From: Candidatus Edwardsbacteria bacterium RifOxyA12_full_54_48
GTDB taxonomy: Bacteria; Edwardsbacteria; AC1; EtOH8
NCBI GenBank assembly: GCA_001777915.1
Contig: MFFN01000004.1
Coordinates: 617,744-681,743 of the forward strand
Reading direction: 5' to 3'
Length of the DNA stretch: 64,000 nt
The translations under genes were made by a program, and so were the position numbers. The notes beneath the pieces were generated by a model. The model was given only the letters and a program-made list of their open reading frames with translations, was not told the DNA's origin and did no database searches. This document shows, one piece after another, positions 21,015 to 31,016 of this stretch (the stretch's first letter is position 1; each line of letters begins with the position of its first letter).

Positions 21015-21497
21015 GAACACGGATCGAGTCAGGTAGGTTCTCTCACCAAGCCACCAAGGATTTATCAATTTACTTAGGCACACTTTGAGAACCCAGGCAT
21101 TTGCGTCATTCTGGGCTTGCTTTGAAGCTATCCACGTCGAAGAATCTGTCGATGGATCACTGAAGGTATATCACACAAAGCCACTAAGACACGACGTTAT
21201 TACTTAATAGAGCATTGTCACCACTTCGAAAATTTTATTTTTGCCAACCTCAGTGCAGGCTCTGGGGTCTCTTCCCGCTTGGCAGGTTGAAGGGGTGGCA
21301 AAAGGCTATGCTCACACATTCAGCCAGTCAGGCAAGGTGGCCTTCTCTGTGTGACAGTTTTATTTTTAAGCGTTCAAATTTTAATTTATCACACAAAGCC
21401 GCCGAGCCACGAAGCCCACTGGTTTGCCAGAGATGGATTCGGTTGATGGCTACAAGTTAATTTATAGATTAATTCAGCTTGGTGTCTTGGTGGCAAA
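21015..21497. repeat. Intergenic repeat mosaic between pstB and phoU
   Basis: CACCAAGCCACCAAG 21044; ATCACACAAAGCC at 21170 and 21388; inverse CTTGGTGTCTTGGTGG 21478; GTCATTCTG..GAAGAATCT 21105-21147. Confidence 0.75.
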
Positions 21498-21550
21498 TAA
21501 CATAGAAGGCTGATAATATCAAAAATCCTTAAAAAAAACGGGGAGCGCCA

Positions 21551-22213
21551 ATGGAAAGACATTTTGATACCGAGTTGACCCAGCTGAAACAGCAGCTGCT
21601 GAAGATGGGGGCCCTGGCCGAGGCCATGATAGACGCCGCGGTCACCGCCCTGGTGGAAAGGAACGCTGATCAGTTGAAGCAGATATATGAGAATGAGAAG
21701 CAGGTCAATAACCTTCAGGTGAGCATAGACGAGGACTGCTTGCGATTGACCGCCCTCTACCAGCCCACCGCCGGAGACCTGCGCTTCCTGCTGGGAGCCT
21801 CCAAGATCAACACCGAACTGGAGCGGCTGGGCGACCAGGCCATCAACATCTGCGAGGTGGTCAATAAGCTGCTGCAGGAGCCTCAGCTCAAGCCGCTGAT
21901 AGACATCCCCAAGATGGTGTCCATCGCCACCGACATGGTCCGGGACAGCCTGAACGCCTTCGTGGAGCGCAATGTCGACAAGGCCCGGGCGGTGCTGCTG
22001 CAGGACGACCAGCTGGACGACCTGAAGGACAAGATAGTGGCCGAGCTGACCGAGTTCATGACCAAGGATTCCGGCTCGGTCAGCCGGGCCATTCAGCTGA
22101 TCCTGGTGGCCCGCAGTCTGGAACGGATAGGCGACCATGCCACCAACATCGCCGAGGACGTCATCTTCGTGGTGCAGGGCAGGGATATCCGGCATCATGC
22201 GCAAGATATGTGA
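21551..22213 (+). CDS. phoU: Phosphate signalling protein PhoU
   Basis: YQPTAGDLR, ELERLGDQAINI, LERIGDHATNIAEDV. Confidence 0.96.
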   Translation: MERHFDTELTQLKQQLLKMGALAEAMIDAAVTALVERNADQLKQIYENEKQVNNLQVSIDEDCLRLTALYQPTAGDLRFLLGASKINTELERLGDQAINICEVVNKLLQEPQLKPLIDIPKMVSIATDMVRDSLNAFVERNVDKARAVLLQDDQLDDLKDKIVAELTEFMTKDSGSVSRAIQLILVARSLERIGDHATNIAEDVIFVVQGRDIRHHAQDM

Positions 22214-22225
22214 TCATCGATCCCA

Positions 22226-22705
22226 ATGGCCAAGACCATCATAATTGACGGCTACAATCTGGCTTTCGCCTCCGGCAAGATAAGGCCGGTTCTGCTCAAG
22301 GAAAAGAAAGAAGGGCGGGCCTTGTTGCTGGACATTTTGGCTGGGTATAAGAAGGCATTGGGGTATGACATTACCGTCATCTTCGACGGGGCGGAAGGGA
22401 AGGAGCACAAGGGAGACAGGGTCAGGGGCATAAGGGTTTTTTACTCCAAGCCGCCCCAGAACGCCGACCGGGTGATCAAGGACAAAGCCTCAATTATGAA
22501 GAAGACCAAAACGTTGACCGTGGTCACCTCCGACCGGGAGCTGGCCCATCATGTCAAGGGGCGGCAGGTGGAGGTGATCGGCTCCGGGGCATTCTTGGAA
22601 AAGATGGAGCGGGAGATGACCCTGCGGGGCGCGGATAAGGAGAGGCCCGGGAAGATAGATGTGAAAGAGTGGATGGAATATTTTGGGATAAAAGGGAAGG
22701 AATGA
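22226..22705 (+). CDS. YacP-like NYN-domain protein
   Basis: IIIDGYN, TVIFDG, NADRVI, VVTSDREL. Confidence 0.85.
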   Translation: MAKTIIIDGYNLAFASGKIRPVLLKEKKEGRALLLDILAGYKKALGYDITVIFDGAEGKEHKGDRVRGIRVFYSKPPQNADRVIKDKASIMKKTKTLTVVTSDRELAHHVKGRQVEVIGSGAFLEKMEREMTLRGADKERPGKIDVKEWMEYFGIKGKE

Positions 22706-22786
22706 AGATAAATCGATCGACCGGTCGGCGCATCTTTTCAATACCGGGTCCTACTGAATTTTAAGACACATTGCCAAGGGGGATCA

Positions 22787-23332
22787 ATGCTGGCTCCGTT
22801 ATTCATCCTTAAAAACACCAAAGGCAAGGGCTGCGGGCTTTTCGCCAAACGGGACATTCCCAAGGGAACGGTGGTGTTCTATGAGTGTTCGCAATGCACC
22901 GTCATCCCCAAAGCCAAATTCGACAAGCTGACCAAGACCCAAAAGGAAAAGCTGTTGTTCCACGCCTACACCCGCCAGGACGGCTCGGTGGTCAATCCCT
23001 GCGGCGATTCCATTTACATGAACCATTCCTGTGATCCCAATATCCTGGATACCGGAAAGGGTTTTGATGTGGTGGTCCGGGACATCAAAAAAGGCCAGGA
23101 GGCCACCTGCGATTACCGGGTCTTTTATGATAAGGATTGGGGCTTTGAATGTCATTGTGGCAGCAAAAACTGCTGCGGGACATTCACCTGTCGCCGGCCG
23201 CTGGCCTCCGGGGTCAAGGCCTTTTGGGAAAAAATGACGGCCCCGGCGTTGAAACGGATATCGAAAGTACCCCAGCCGCTCAAAGAGCAATTTCTGAAGG
23301 AGTATCCGGCCAAGGCCCGGTATTTCAAATAG
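22787..23332 (+). CDS. SET-domain protein with post-SET cysteines
   Basis: GKGCGLFAKRDI, YMNHSCDPN, DIKKGQEATCDY, CHCGSKNC. Confidence 0.92.
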   Translation: MLAPLFILKNTKGKGCGLFAKRDIPKGTVVFYECSQCTVIPKAKFDKLTKTQKEKLLFHAYTRQDGSVVNPCGDSIYMNHSCDPNILDTGKGFDVVVRDIKKGQEATCDYRVFYDKDWGFECHCGSKNCCGTFTCRRPLASGVKAFWEKMTAPALKRISKVPQPLKEQFLKEYPAKARYFK

Positions 23333-23363
23333 CCATTGACCGGCCAAAGAACTGATTTTATGC

Positions 23364-23392
23364 TTGACTTTGCCATGGGTTTAAGTTACATT
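23364..23392 (+). promoter_or_regulatory. sigma70-type promoter
   Basis: TTGACT-N17-TACATT. Confidence 0.55.
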
Positions 23393-23484
23393 TATTGCAA
23401 AGAGTTATCTGCCGGGATGCTCATAAGGCCCCGGCGGATGATTTTATGAATGGTTTTTAATAATCCTGTTATAGGAGTTCTGGG

Positions 23485-24246
23485 ATGAAGCTAAAGGTCC
23501 TGGGAGCATCGGGATCAAAACTGCCCGGTTTCGGTCTGACCAGCTTCCTGCTGGACAAAAACATCCTGATCGACACCGGGGCGGCCGCCTCCATGCTGGA
23601 CTTTGACGAACAGCTGAGGCTGGATGCGGTCCTGCTGTCGCACATCCACATCGACCACAGCCTGGGGCTTTTACTGATGGCCGACAACCTAGTGGGCAGC
23701 CTCAACAAATCCATCCAGATCATGAGCATCCCGGAGGTGCTGGACGGCCTGCGGGAGCATTTGTTCAACAACCAGGTATGGCCGGATTTCACCTCCATTC
23801 CCAACAGCAAGGATGCCATCTTCAAGCTGAAGCCCATGGCCGAGGGCAAGCCGGTGAAGCTGGGCAAGTACACCATCCGGGCCATCCGGGTCAGCCACTC
23901 GGTGCCGACGGTGGGCTTCATCATCAGCGACGGCAAGAGCTCCCTGCTGTACACCGCCGACACCCGGGCCACCGAAAAGATCTGGAAGGAGGCCAAGAAG
24001 ATCCGGGGCCTTAAGGGGGTGCTGATAGAAACCTCTTTTCCCAACCGGCTTCACGGGCTGGCCGACCTGTCGGGCCATCTTACGCCGCACGCCCTGCTGC
24101 AGGAGATAAACAAATCGGGGCTGAAGGTGCCGTTCTACGTCTTTCATATCAAGGCCATGTTCGTGGAGGAGGTGCAGAAGGAGATCGCCAGACTTAAAAA
24201 TTCCCAGATCCGGCTGGCCATGGAAGGCGCCACCTATAATTTTTAG
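23485..24246 (+). CDS. MBL-fold hydrolase, class II cyclic-nucleotide phosphodiesterase-like
   Basis: VLGASG, SHIHIDH, HLFNNQVWPDF, IETSFPN, GHLTP. Confidence 0.85.
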   Translation: MKLKVLGASGSKLPGFGLTSFLLDKNILIDTGAAASMLDFDEQLRLDAVLLSHIHIDHSLGLLLMADNLVGSLNKSIQIMSIPEVLDGLREHLFNNQVWPDFTSIPNSKDAIFKLKPMAEGKPVKLGKYTIRAIRVSHSVPTVGFIISDGKSSLLYTADTRATEKIWKEAKKIRGLKGVLIETSFPNRLHGLADLSGHLTPHALLQEINKSGLKVPFYVFHIKAMFVEEVQKEIARLKNSQIRLAMEGATYNF

Positions 24247-24336
24247 GATCCGACAATATCGCGTTCAGCAAGCCGGAACAATAGACGATGTTTTATTTTC
24301 CGGCTTTGCCTTTATAGTTTTCAAAGGGGTTGTAAA

Positions 24337-25986
24337 GTGAAAAAATTATTGATCATTTTGCTGGCCTTTTCGGCCGGCTGCGCCAAGCGCCAGGTGCTCA
24401 ATCCGGAGCAGGCGCAGCAGACGGTGATGGACCAGGTGATGCAGGCCGCCATGCTGGAGCAGGACGGCCAGAATAAACCGGCCATCGAACTTTACAAGAA
24501 TGCCCTCCGGCTGGACAAGAGGTCGTCCCTGTTGAACCTGCTGATATCCCAGAATTACTACGAGCTGGGCAACGACACCCTGGCGGTGCTCTATGCCCGG
24601 CGGGCCGTCAAATTGGAGCCGGACAATCCCGACAACCGCCTGATGCTGGGCAACGCCTACCTGATGGCCCGGGAGCTGGAGCTTTCATTGGAGCAGTATA
24701 AGGCGGCGGTCAAACTGAAGCCGGGCGACCCGGACATCTCCATTACCACCGCCGGGATTTACGAGGCCCTGGGCCGCCGTGATTCGGCCATCACCGTCAT
24801 GGAAAGCATCGCCCGGCGGACCGGCGACCCGGACATCATCATGCAGCTGGGTTCCATGCTTATGCGCCACAAGCAGAGCGGACCGGCCAAAGAAATCTAC
24901 CGGCAGGTGATAGGCCGGGATTCCTCCAACATCAGGGCCTGGATATCGCTGGCCGCCGTCTACGAGGTGGGCCAGCAGCCGGATTCGGCCCTGCATTTCT
25001 ACGGCACCGCCGCCCGGCTGGATCCCGAAAACCTGAGCATCCAGAAGCATATCTTCAACCTGCTGCTGTCGGTAAACCAGTACCCGTGGGCGGCCCGCCA
25101 GGCCATGATCATTCTGGAAAGGGAGCCGGGGAACGCCGGTCTTCGTTTGCAGCTGGCCCGGCTGTTCTACCACCAGCAGGCCTTCCAGCCTGCCCAGGAG
25201 CAATTTCTGGCTGTCCTGGAGAGCGACAGCAATAACACCGAGGCTCTTTACACCGTGGCCCGGATAAGCTTTCAGCAGAAGGATTACCCCCGGGCGCTGC
25301 AGTATTTTCGGAGGACCACCGGCTTGCTGCCCAAAATGGCCGAAGGCTGGGTCTCTTTGGGCAATTGCTTCTTGGCCCTGGACCAGCCGGATTCCGCGGC
25401 AGCTGCATTTGAGAAGGCCCGGCGTTTGGGAGTAAAACAGGATATTGACCGTTTGATCGGCGCCGGATATTCCCTGTCCGAAAAGTACCGGGAGGCCATA
25501 CCATTCTTTCAGAATCAGTACCGAAAGAAACCCAAGGATCCCGATCTGATGTTCGGTCTGGCGGTGGCCTACGAGCGCAGCGGGGACTTTGATAACGCGG
25601 TAACAATGTTCAAAAAACTGCTCGAGCTAGATCCAAAGAGTGCTATCGTGCTGAACTATCTGGGCTATATGTATGCCGACAAGGGCGTCAACCTGGAGGA
25701 AGCCAAAGATCTGGTAGCCAGGGCCCTGGAGGCCGAGCCGGATAATGCCTTTTATATTGACAGCATGGGCTGGGTGTTTTATAAAACAGGCCGATTTGAA
25801 GAAGCCCGCCAGAGCCTGGAGAAAGCGGTCAGCCTTTTGCCAACGGACGCCACTTTAAGGGATCACCTGGGCGATGTTTACCTATCTCTCAATTTAAAAC
25901 AGCAGGCCGTCGAGCAGTGGCAAAAGTCACTGGAACTCGATCCCGGCAAGGAAATGATACAGGAAAAGATAGATGCGGCAAGATAA
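24337..25986 (+). CDS. TPR-repeat lipoprotein
   Basis: SAGC lipobox; many TPRs; LNYLGYMYAD...YIDSMGWVFYK...DHLGDVY. Confidence 0.9.
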   Translation: MKKLLIILLAFSAGCAKRQVLNPEQAQQTVMDQVMQAAMLEQDGQNKPAIELYKNALRLDKRSSLLNLLISQNYYELGNDTLAVLYARRAVKLEPDNPDNRLMLGNAYLMARELELSLEQYKAAVKLKPGDPDISITTAGIYEALGRRDSAITVMESIARRTGDPDIIMQLGSMLMRHKQSGPAKEIYRQVIGRDSSNIRAWISLAAVYEVGQQPDSALHFYGTAARLDPENLSIQKHIFNLLLSVNQYPWAARQAMIILEREPGNAGLRLQLARLFYHQQAFQPAQEQFLAVLESDSNNTEALYTVARISFQQKDYPRALQYFRRTTGLLPKMAEGWVSLGNCFLALDQPDSAAAAFEKARRLGVKQDIDRLIGAGYSLSEKYREAIPFFQNQYRKKPKDPDLMFGLAVAYERSGDFDNAVTMFKKLLELDPKSAIVLNYLGYMYADKGVNLEEAKDLVARALEAEPDNAFYIDSMGWVFYKTGRFEEARQSLEKAVSLLPTDATLRDHLGDVYLSLNLKQQAVEQWQKSLELDPGKEMIQEKIDAAR

Positions 25987-26755
25987 AAACAGATCAAGTT
26001 CTAATCATCGGATCATAACTCTGGCGGTCCTCTGTTTCATGATGGTCGGGTGCGCCCATGTCAAACGGGCTGAAAAAGGAGACCTGGAAGATCTTTGGAA
26101 CAAAGCCTGGTCGTCATTCAAGACGGATGACCAGCCTTTCTCGGCCCAGGGAAAGATAACCTACGATTCGCCCAAGCTGACCCAGTCCCTGAACTTCGTC
26201 TGGCGCCAGGATGGCAGCCGGCATATCCGGATAGATATCTCCGGATTTTTTGGCATCAGCCTGGCCTCGGCCTGCATATCAGACGATAAGGCCTGGCTGA
26301 ATGTTCCCCTGAAGTCCCTGTACGTCAGTGGCTCCATATCGGACGTCGATTCGATGGCCGAAAAAGCGGCCGGGATCGGCATCGAAGGACTTTTGGAGGT
26401 CTTGCAGGGCCGCCCGCCGCTGGAGGCCGGCCGATATTCCATAGCCCAGGATGCGGAGAAATTCTATCTATTTGTCTTTACCAAAAAGGACACCACCGTA
26501 ACCTACCGGCTGGATCGGCATAATGCCAGGATCGTCGGCTATCAATTGGATATCACGGGAAAGCCGGAATACAGCATCGGCTATAACGACTGGAAGCCCT
26601 TCAACAACAGCTTCCGGCCGCAGGCGGTGGAAATATTTTCTTACCGGGACCAGACCGGGCTTACTGTTAAATTCTCCTCCGTGAGCCCAGAGCGGTCATT
26701 TGCCAAAGACGTTTGGGAACAGCCGGCGCCCCGAAGGGGTTTTGGCGATGAGTGA
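25973..26755 (+). CDS. LolB/DUF4292-like lipoprotein
   Basis: MVGC lipobox; beta-rich; follows the TPR gene as in TPR-lolB pairs. Confidence 0.6.
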   Translation: MRQDKNRSSSNHRIITLAVLCFMMVGCAHVKRAEKGDLEDLWNKAWSSFKTDDQPFSAQGKITYDSPKLTQSLNFVWRQDGSRHIRIDISGFFGISLASACISDDKAWLNVPLKSLYVSGSISDVDSMAEKAAGIGIEGLLEVLQGRPPLEAGRYSIAQDAEKFYLFVFTKKDTTVTYRLDRHNARIVGYQLDITGKPEYSIGYNDWKPFNNSFRPQAVEIFSYRDQTGLTVKFSSVSPERSFAKDVWEQPAPRRGFGDE

Positions 26756-27314
26756 GGAGGCAAATAAACACGGCTGGAAAACGGTCGGGACCAAACAGGC
26801 CTATCAAAACCCGTGGATAGCGGTCCGCGAGGACCGGATAATCTATCCCAACGGGCAGCCCGGCATCTACGGGGTGGTGGAGAAGGGGCCGGGAGTGGCG
26901 GTCATCGCCCTGGACAACCAAAAGAACCTCTGCCTGGTAAGGCAATACCGTTATCCCCTGGACGATGTCTTCCTGGAACTGCCGGCCGGGGCCATCCATC
27001 AGGGCGAGACCGAGATCGAGTCCGTCAGAAGGGAATTATTCGAGGAGACGGGCATCCGGGCCGGGCGTTTAGAGAGGCTGGGAAATTTCTATACCGCCCT
27101 GGGCCACGAGACGGCCGAGATCATCGCCTATCTGGCCGATCAACTGGAACCGGACCGGCACTCGCTGGCCAACCAGCAGCATGACGAGTCCATACTGGAG
27201 ATAGTACGGCTGCCCGTTGGCCGGGTAAAACAGATGATGGCCCGGGACGAGATAAAATGCGGGATCTCTTTGGCGGCGTTAAGCCTGCTGTTCGTTAAAT
27301 ATCCGGGGCTGTGA
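26748..27314 (+). CDS. NUDIX hydrolase (ADP-ribose pyrophosphatase-like)
   Basis: LVRQYRYP, ELPAG...VRRELFEETG. Confidence 0.9.
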   Translation: MSEEANKHGWKTVGTKQAYQNPWIAVREDRIIYPNGQPGIYGVVEKGPGVAVIALDNQKNLCLVRQYRYPLDDVFLELPAGAIHQGETEIESVRRELFEETGIRAGRLERLGNFYTALGHETAEIIAYLADQLEPDRHSLANQQHDESILEIVRLPVGRVKQMMARDEIKCGISLAALSLLFVKYPGL

Positions 27315-27973
27315 TCGTGCCCGCCGGAGCCATCATATTCTACAGCGATCAGGTGATGCCGGAGAACGAAAGGCTGGACAGGCGGTTCCTTGAGCTGATC
27401 AACAAAGACCGGCCGAAGCTGGCTTACATCCCTTCGGCTTCGGACGGCACCCGGAGATATTATCGCGAGAAGTGCCAGTATTATAAAAGGTACGGCATAG
27501 AGGATCTTTTATATTTCGACCTGAACAGGGAATACGATCCGGCTAAGACCGAAGAACTGCTGGCCTGTGATGCCATTCATCTATCCGGCGGTGATCCGTT
27601 CCAGTTTTTGGGATCTATCAGAAAACGAAAATTTGGGCCGGTGCTGAAAGAATATCTGAATAAAGGCGGCATACTGCTGGGCATCAGCGCCGGGGCCATA
27701 GTGCTGACCCCCAGCATCAACATCTCGCATGTCTTTTATAGATCCCGGACCGACCAGCATCAGGCGGTGAGCCTGGTGGATTTTCACTTTTTGCCGCACT
27801 GGAACTTGCGGCAAGACCAAGTGGATGCCGTTAAAAAGTTCTCCATAGATAACCAAGCCATGGTCTATGCCTGCCAGGACGGGGACGGGATGGTGGTCCA
27901 CGACGGCAATATAGAATTGGTGGGAAATGTGGTGAGGATAGAGAAGGGAAAGGCTTTTGTAAATAATGAATGA
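27311..27973 (+). CDS. Peptidase S51 (peptidase E-like)
   Basis: AYIPSAS, IHLSGGD, GISAGA, FLPH. Confidence 0.85.
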   Translation: MIVPAGAIIFYSDQVMPENERLDRRFLELINKDRPKLAYIPSASDGTRRYYREKCQYYKRYGIEDLLYFDLNREYDPAKTEELLACDAIHLSGGDPFQFLGSIRKRKFGPVLKEYLNKGGILLGISAGAIVLTPSINISHVFYRSRTDQHQAVSLVDFHFLPHWNLRQDQVDAVKKFSIDNQAMVYACQDGDGMVVHDGNIELVGNVVRIEKGKAFVNNE

Positions 27974-28751
27974 TTCTGAGATCAAACAATATTGGGAAGA
28001 AAATGCCGAGGCTTGGACGGCTCTTTCCCGGGCCGGGTATGACGTATACCGTGATCATGTTAACGCTCCAGCTTTCTTGAAGATGTTGCCCTTGGTCAAA
28101 GGCCAGAAGGGGATGGATATCGGATGTGGTGAAGGACATAACACAAGGCTAGTGGCCCAGCAGGGTGCAATCTTAACAGGAATAGATATATCGGAAGCTT
28201 TTATAAAGCAAGCTATAAGCAAGGAGACGGAGCACCCTTTGGGAATAAAGTACCAGGTTTCCTCGGGACAGAAAATGGATTTCACTGAAGGAAGCTTCGA
28301 TTTCTGCATGGCCACAATGAGTTTAATGGACATGGCTGATCCGATAAAGGCCATAGGTGAAGCATATCGGGTTCTTAAACCAGGCGGGTTTTTCCAATTT
28401 TCGATATCGCATCCCTGTTTTGCCACCCCGAAATGGAAATGGCTAAGGGACGAGTCCGGCCGGAAATCAGCTTTAGCCTGCGGTGATTATTTCCTTCAAC
28501 CCAAGGATAGTATCGAAAAATGGATATTTGGAGCGGCTCCGGATGAAGAAAAGAAAAAATACCCACTTTTCAAGACCCCTCGTTTTACATTGATCTTGAG
28601 CAATTGGATCAACTTCTTGATAAAGGCCGGATTTACAATAGAAGAACTTTGCGAACCGTATCCCGATGAAGAAACCGCCAATAAGTGTCCGGATGTGGCC
28701 GATGCCTCCATTGTGGCATATTTTTTAATCATACGTTGCAGGAAACCATGA
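27966..28751 (+). CDS. Class I SAM-dependent methyltransferase
   Basis: MDIGCGEGHNTR, GIDIS, RVLKPGG. Confidence 0.92.
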   Translation: MNDSEIKQYWEENAEAWTALSRAGYDVYRDHVNAPAFLKMLPLVKGQKGMDIGCGEGHNTRLVAQQGAILTGIDISEAFIKQAISKETEHPLGIKYQVSSGQKMDFTEGSFDFCMATMSLMDMADPIKAIGEAYRVLKPGGFFQFSISHPCFATPKWKWLRDESGRKSALACGDYFLQPKDSIEKWIFGAAPDEEKKKYPLFKTPRFTLILSNWINFLIKAGFTIEELCEPYPDEETANKCPDVADASIVAYFLIIRCRKP

Positions 28752-29158
28752 ATTGTATAATCATCTATTCCACCTTTCCTTCCCGGGAGCTGGCCGAAAG
28801 AACGGCCCGCACCCTGCTGGAGGAACAATTAGTGGCCGGGGCCAATATGGTTCAGGCCGAATCCCTGTTCCGCTGGCAGGGGAAGATCGAGCAGCGGGCC
28901 GAATGGGCGGTGTTCTTTCAGGCCGAGCGGAATTTTTACAAACGGATAGAATCACGCATCAAACAACTGCATTCCGACCAGACCCCCCAGATCGTGATGT
29001 GGAAGATGAAGGACGGATACGTTCCGTTTCTCAACTGGGTGATCGACCAGACCAGCCGCCCGGTGCTGAAAAGGGAGCGGAGGGATAAGGGCAAAGAGTT
29101 CCGGAAGAAGAAGTCCGAGCTGTTGAAGGGAAGAAAAAAAGATGGAACGGCAAGCTGA
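28748..29158 (+). CDS. cutA: CutA divalent-cation tolerance protein with basic C-terminal tail
   Basis: IYSTFPSRELAERTARTLLEEQLVAGAN..SLFRWQGKIE..IKQLHSDQTPQI..FLNWV. Confidence 0.8.
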   Translation: MNCIIIYSTFPSRELAERTARTLLEEQLVAGANMVQAESLFRWQGKIEQRAEWAVFFQAERNFYKRIESRIKQLHSDQTPQIVMWKMKDGYVPFLNWVIDQTSRPVLKRERRDKGKEFRKKKSELLKGRKKDGTAS

Positions 29159-29675
29159 ACCTGCCATTTTCAGCGAAGAGCAGCGGTTTGGCCAAGTCTG
29201 GCTGTGGATCATCATACTCGGAATGGATGTTTTTTTCTTCACATTGTTTTTTGCGCAGTTTTTAGGTCCGGTACGGCCTCAAACCAGCGGACCTGCCGAC
29301 TGGTTCGGTTTGATCCTGGTCTCCCTGCTGTGCCTTGGCATAACCGGGCTATTTGTTTACCTAAAGTTGATCACCCGGGTCACCAGCCAGGGCCTCTCCA
29401 TCCAATTCTTGCCACTCCATAGGAAACCTGCAGTAATATCATTTTCGGATATCAGTGAATGTTCAATTCGCACCTACCGGCCGATAATGGAATACGGCGG
29501 GTGGGGGATCAAGCGGGGGATCGGAGGGCTGGCCTACAATGTTTCAGGAAACCAGGGGTTGCAATTGGTTCTTACCGATGGCAGAAAAATATTGATCGGG
29601 ACCCAGAAGCCGGAACAATTTATTAACGCAATGAGCTCAGCCGGGAAAATCAAAAGGATACAAGATGGAGTGTAA
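29142..29675 (+). CDS. DUF6141-like membrane protein
   Basis: FSEEQRF, two TMs, [34 protein letters not shown]. Confidence 0.7.
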   Translation: MERQAEPAIFSEEQRFGQVWLWIIILGMDVFFFTLFFAQFLGPVRPQTSGPADWFGLILVSLLCLGITGLFVYLKLITRVTSQGLSIQFLPLHRKPAVISFSDISECSIRTYRPIMEYGGWGIKRGIGGLAYNVSGNQGLQLVLTDGRKILIGTQKPEQFINAMSSAGKIKRIQDGV

Positions 29676-29859
29676 TAAGATAAATAACCTAAAAAGCTGC
29701 AACTGCAGCTACCAGCCGTGCTCCCGCAAGGGGGTCTGCTGCGAATGTATAGCCTATCACCGGGCCATGGACCAGCTGCCGGCCTGTTATTTCTCGGAAA
29801 AAATTGAAAGAAGCTGCGACCGATCAATAGAAGCCTTCATCAAGGATCAGAAACGTTGA
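29665..29859 (+). CDS. Small Cys-rich protein (DUF6485-like)
   Basis: [21 protein letters not shown]...LPACYF. Confidence 0.75.
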   Translation: MECNKINNLKSCNCSYQPCSRKGVCCECIAYHRAMDQLPACYFSEKIERSCDRSIEAFIKDQKR

Positions 29860-30314
29860 GAATAGACCAAAGCTGGTATGTCAAGCCGCCGGGTATAGCC
29901 GAGCATACCTCCTGTGGCGGGGTGGTGGTCAGAAAGGTTGGAGATCGGATCCTGGTGGCGCTGGTCACCGAGCCGGGATTTAAGGAATACATCCTTCCCA
30001 AGGGCCATGTTGAATCCGGGGAGAATCTGGAGCAGGCCGCCCGGCGGGAGATAGCCGAAGAAGCGGGCTTCACGGAGTTAAAGCTGGTTAAAAGCCTGGG
30101 ATCGATCGGACGCTTGGATTTCCGGAAACGCTCCTGGGGCACCATGCACTACTTTCTATTCACCACCAGTCAGGAGGAGACCAGCCCCAGCGATCCGGAA
30201 CACCAGTACATCGTGAAATGGTTTCCGATAGATGCCCTGCCCGAAATGTTCTGGCCGGAGCAGGGAGCGCTGATAGAAGATAATACCGATATGATCAGAA
30301 AGATTTTTGAATAA
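29856..30314 (+). CDS. NUDIX hydrolase
   Basis: [28 protein letters not shown] start uncertain. Confidence 0.88.
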   Translation: MRIDQSWYVKPPGIAEHTSCGGVVVRKVGDRILVALVTEPGFKEYILPKGHVESGENLEQAARREIAEEAGFTELKLVKSLGSIGRLDFRKRSWGTMHYFLFTTSQEETSPSDPEHQYIVKWFPIDALPEMFWPEQGALIEDNTDMIRKIFE

Positions 30315-31014
30315 TATGCTGGGTACAGTCGTCAACACCGGAGCCATAATTGCAGGAAGCGTCCTGGGGCTCTTGCTGCATCGGAAACTATCGGCCCGAT
30401 ATTCCGAGATAGTAATGAAAGCCATCGGCCTGTTCACCATCGTCATCGGGCTGGATCTGGCCTTTAAGAGCAACCGGATGCTGCCGGTACTTATATCACT
30501 GGTTTTGGGAGGACTGCTAGGCGAATTATTGAAGCTGGACGAAAAACTGGAATCGTTGGGTCGAAAACTCAGGGAAAGATATTCCCGGGATGCCGGTTCG
30601 TCTTTCGTGCCGGGATTTGTGGCCAGCGCGCTGCTGTTCTGCGTCGGACCCCTGGCCATAGTGGGCAGCCTGGAGAGCGGACTTAGGGCGGACCATACCG
30701 TGCTATTCACCAAATCGCTGATGGATGGCATTGCTTCGGTTGCTCTGGCCTCGGCCATGGGCCTGGGTGTGATATTCTCGGCCGGGACGGTCCTGGTATA
30801 TCAGGGATTGCTGACAGTGACAGCCATAATATTCAAGGGACTGTTGCCAATGCCCTATGTCAACCTGATGTCGGCGGTGGGTGGGATACTGCTGCTGGGG
30901 GTGGCCCTCAACCTGATACTTGACATAAAATTGAAAGTGGCCAACCTGCTTCCGGCCATTTTTATTTCGCCGTTGGTCTTGAAGATCGCTTTGATGATAG
31001 TCACGATAAAATAA
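30307..31014 (+). CDS. DUF554 family membrane protein
   Basis: MLGTVVNTGAII, GFVASALLFCVGPLAIVGSL, TKSLMDG; real start may be ATG 30316. Confidence 0.9.
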   Translation: MNNMLGTVVNTGAIIAGSVLGLLLHRKLSARYSEIVMKAIGLFTIVIGLDLAFKSNRMLPVLISLVLGGLLGELLKLDEKLESLGRKLRERYSRDAGSSFVPGFVASALLFCVGPLAIVGSLESGLRADHTVLFTKSLMDGIASVALASAMGLGVIFSAGTVLVYQGLLTVTAIIFKGLLPMPYVNLMSAVGGILLLGVALNLILDIKLKVANLLPAIFISPLVLKIALMIVTIK

Positions 31015-31016
31015 CC

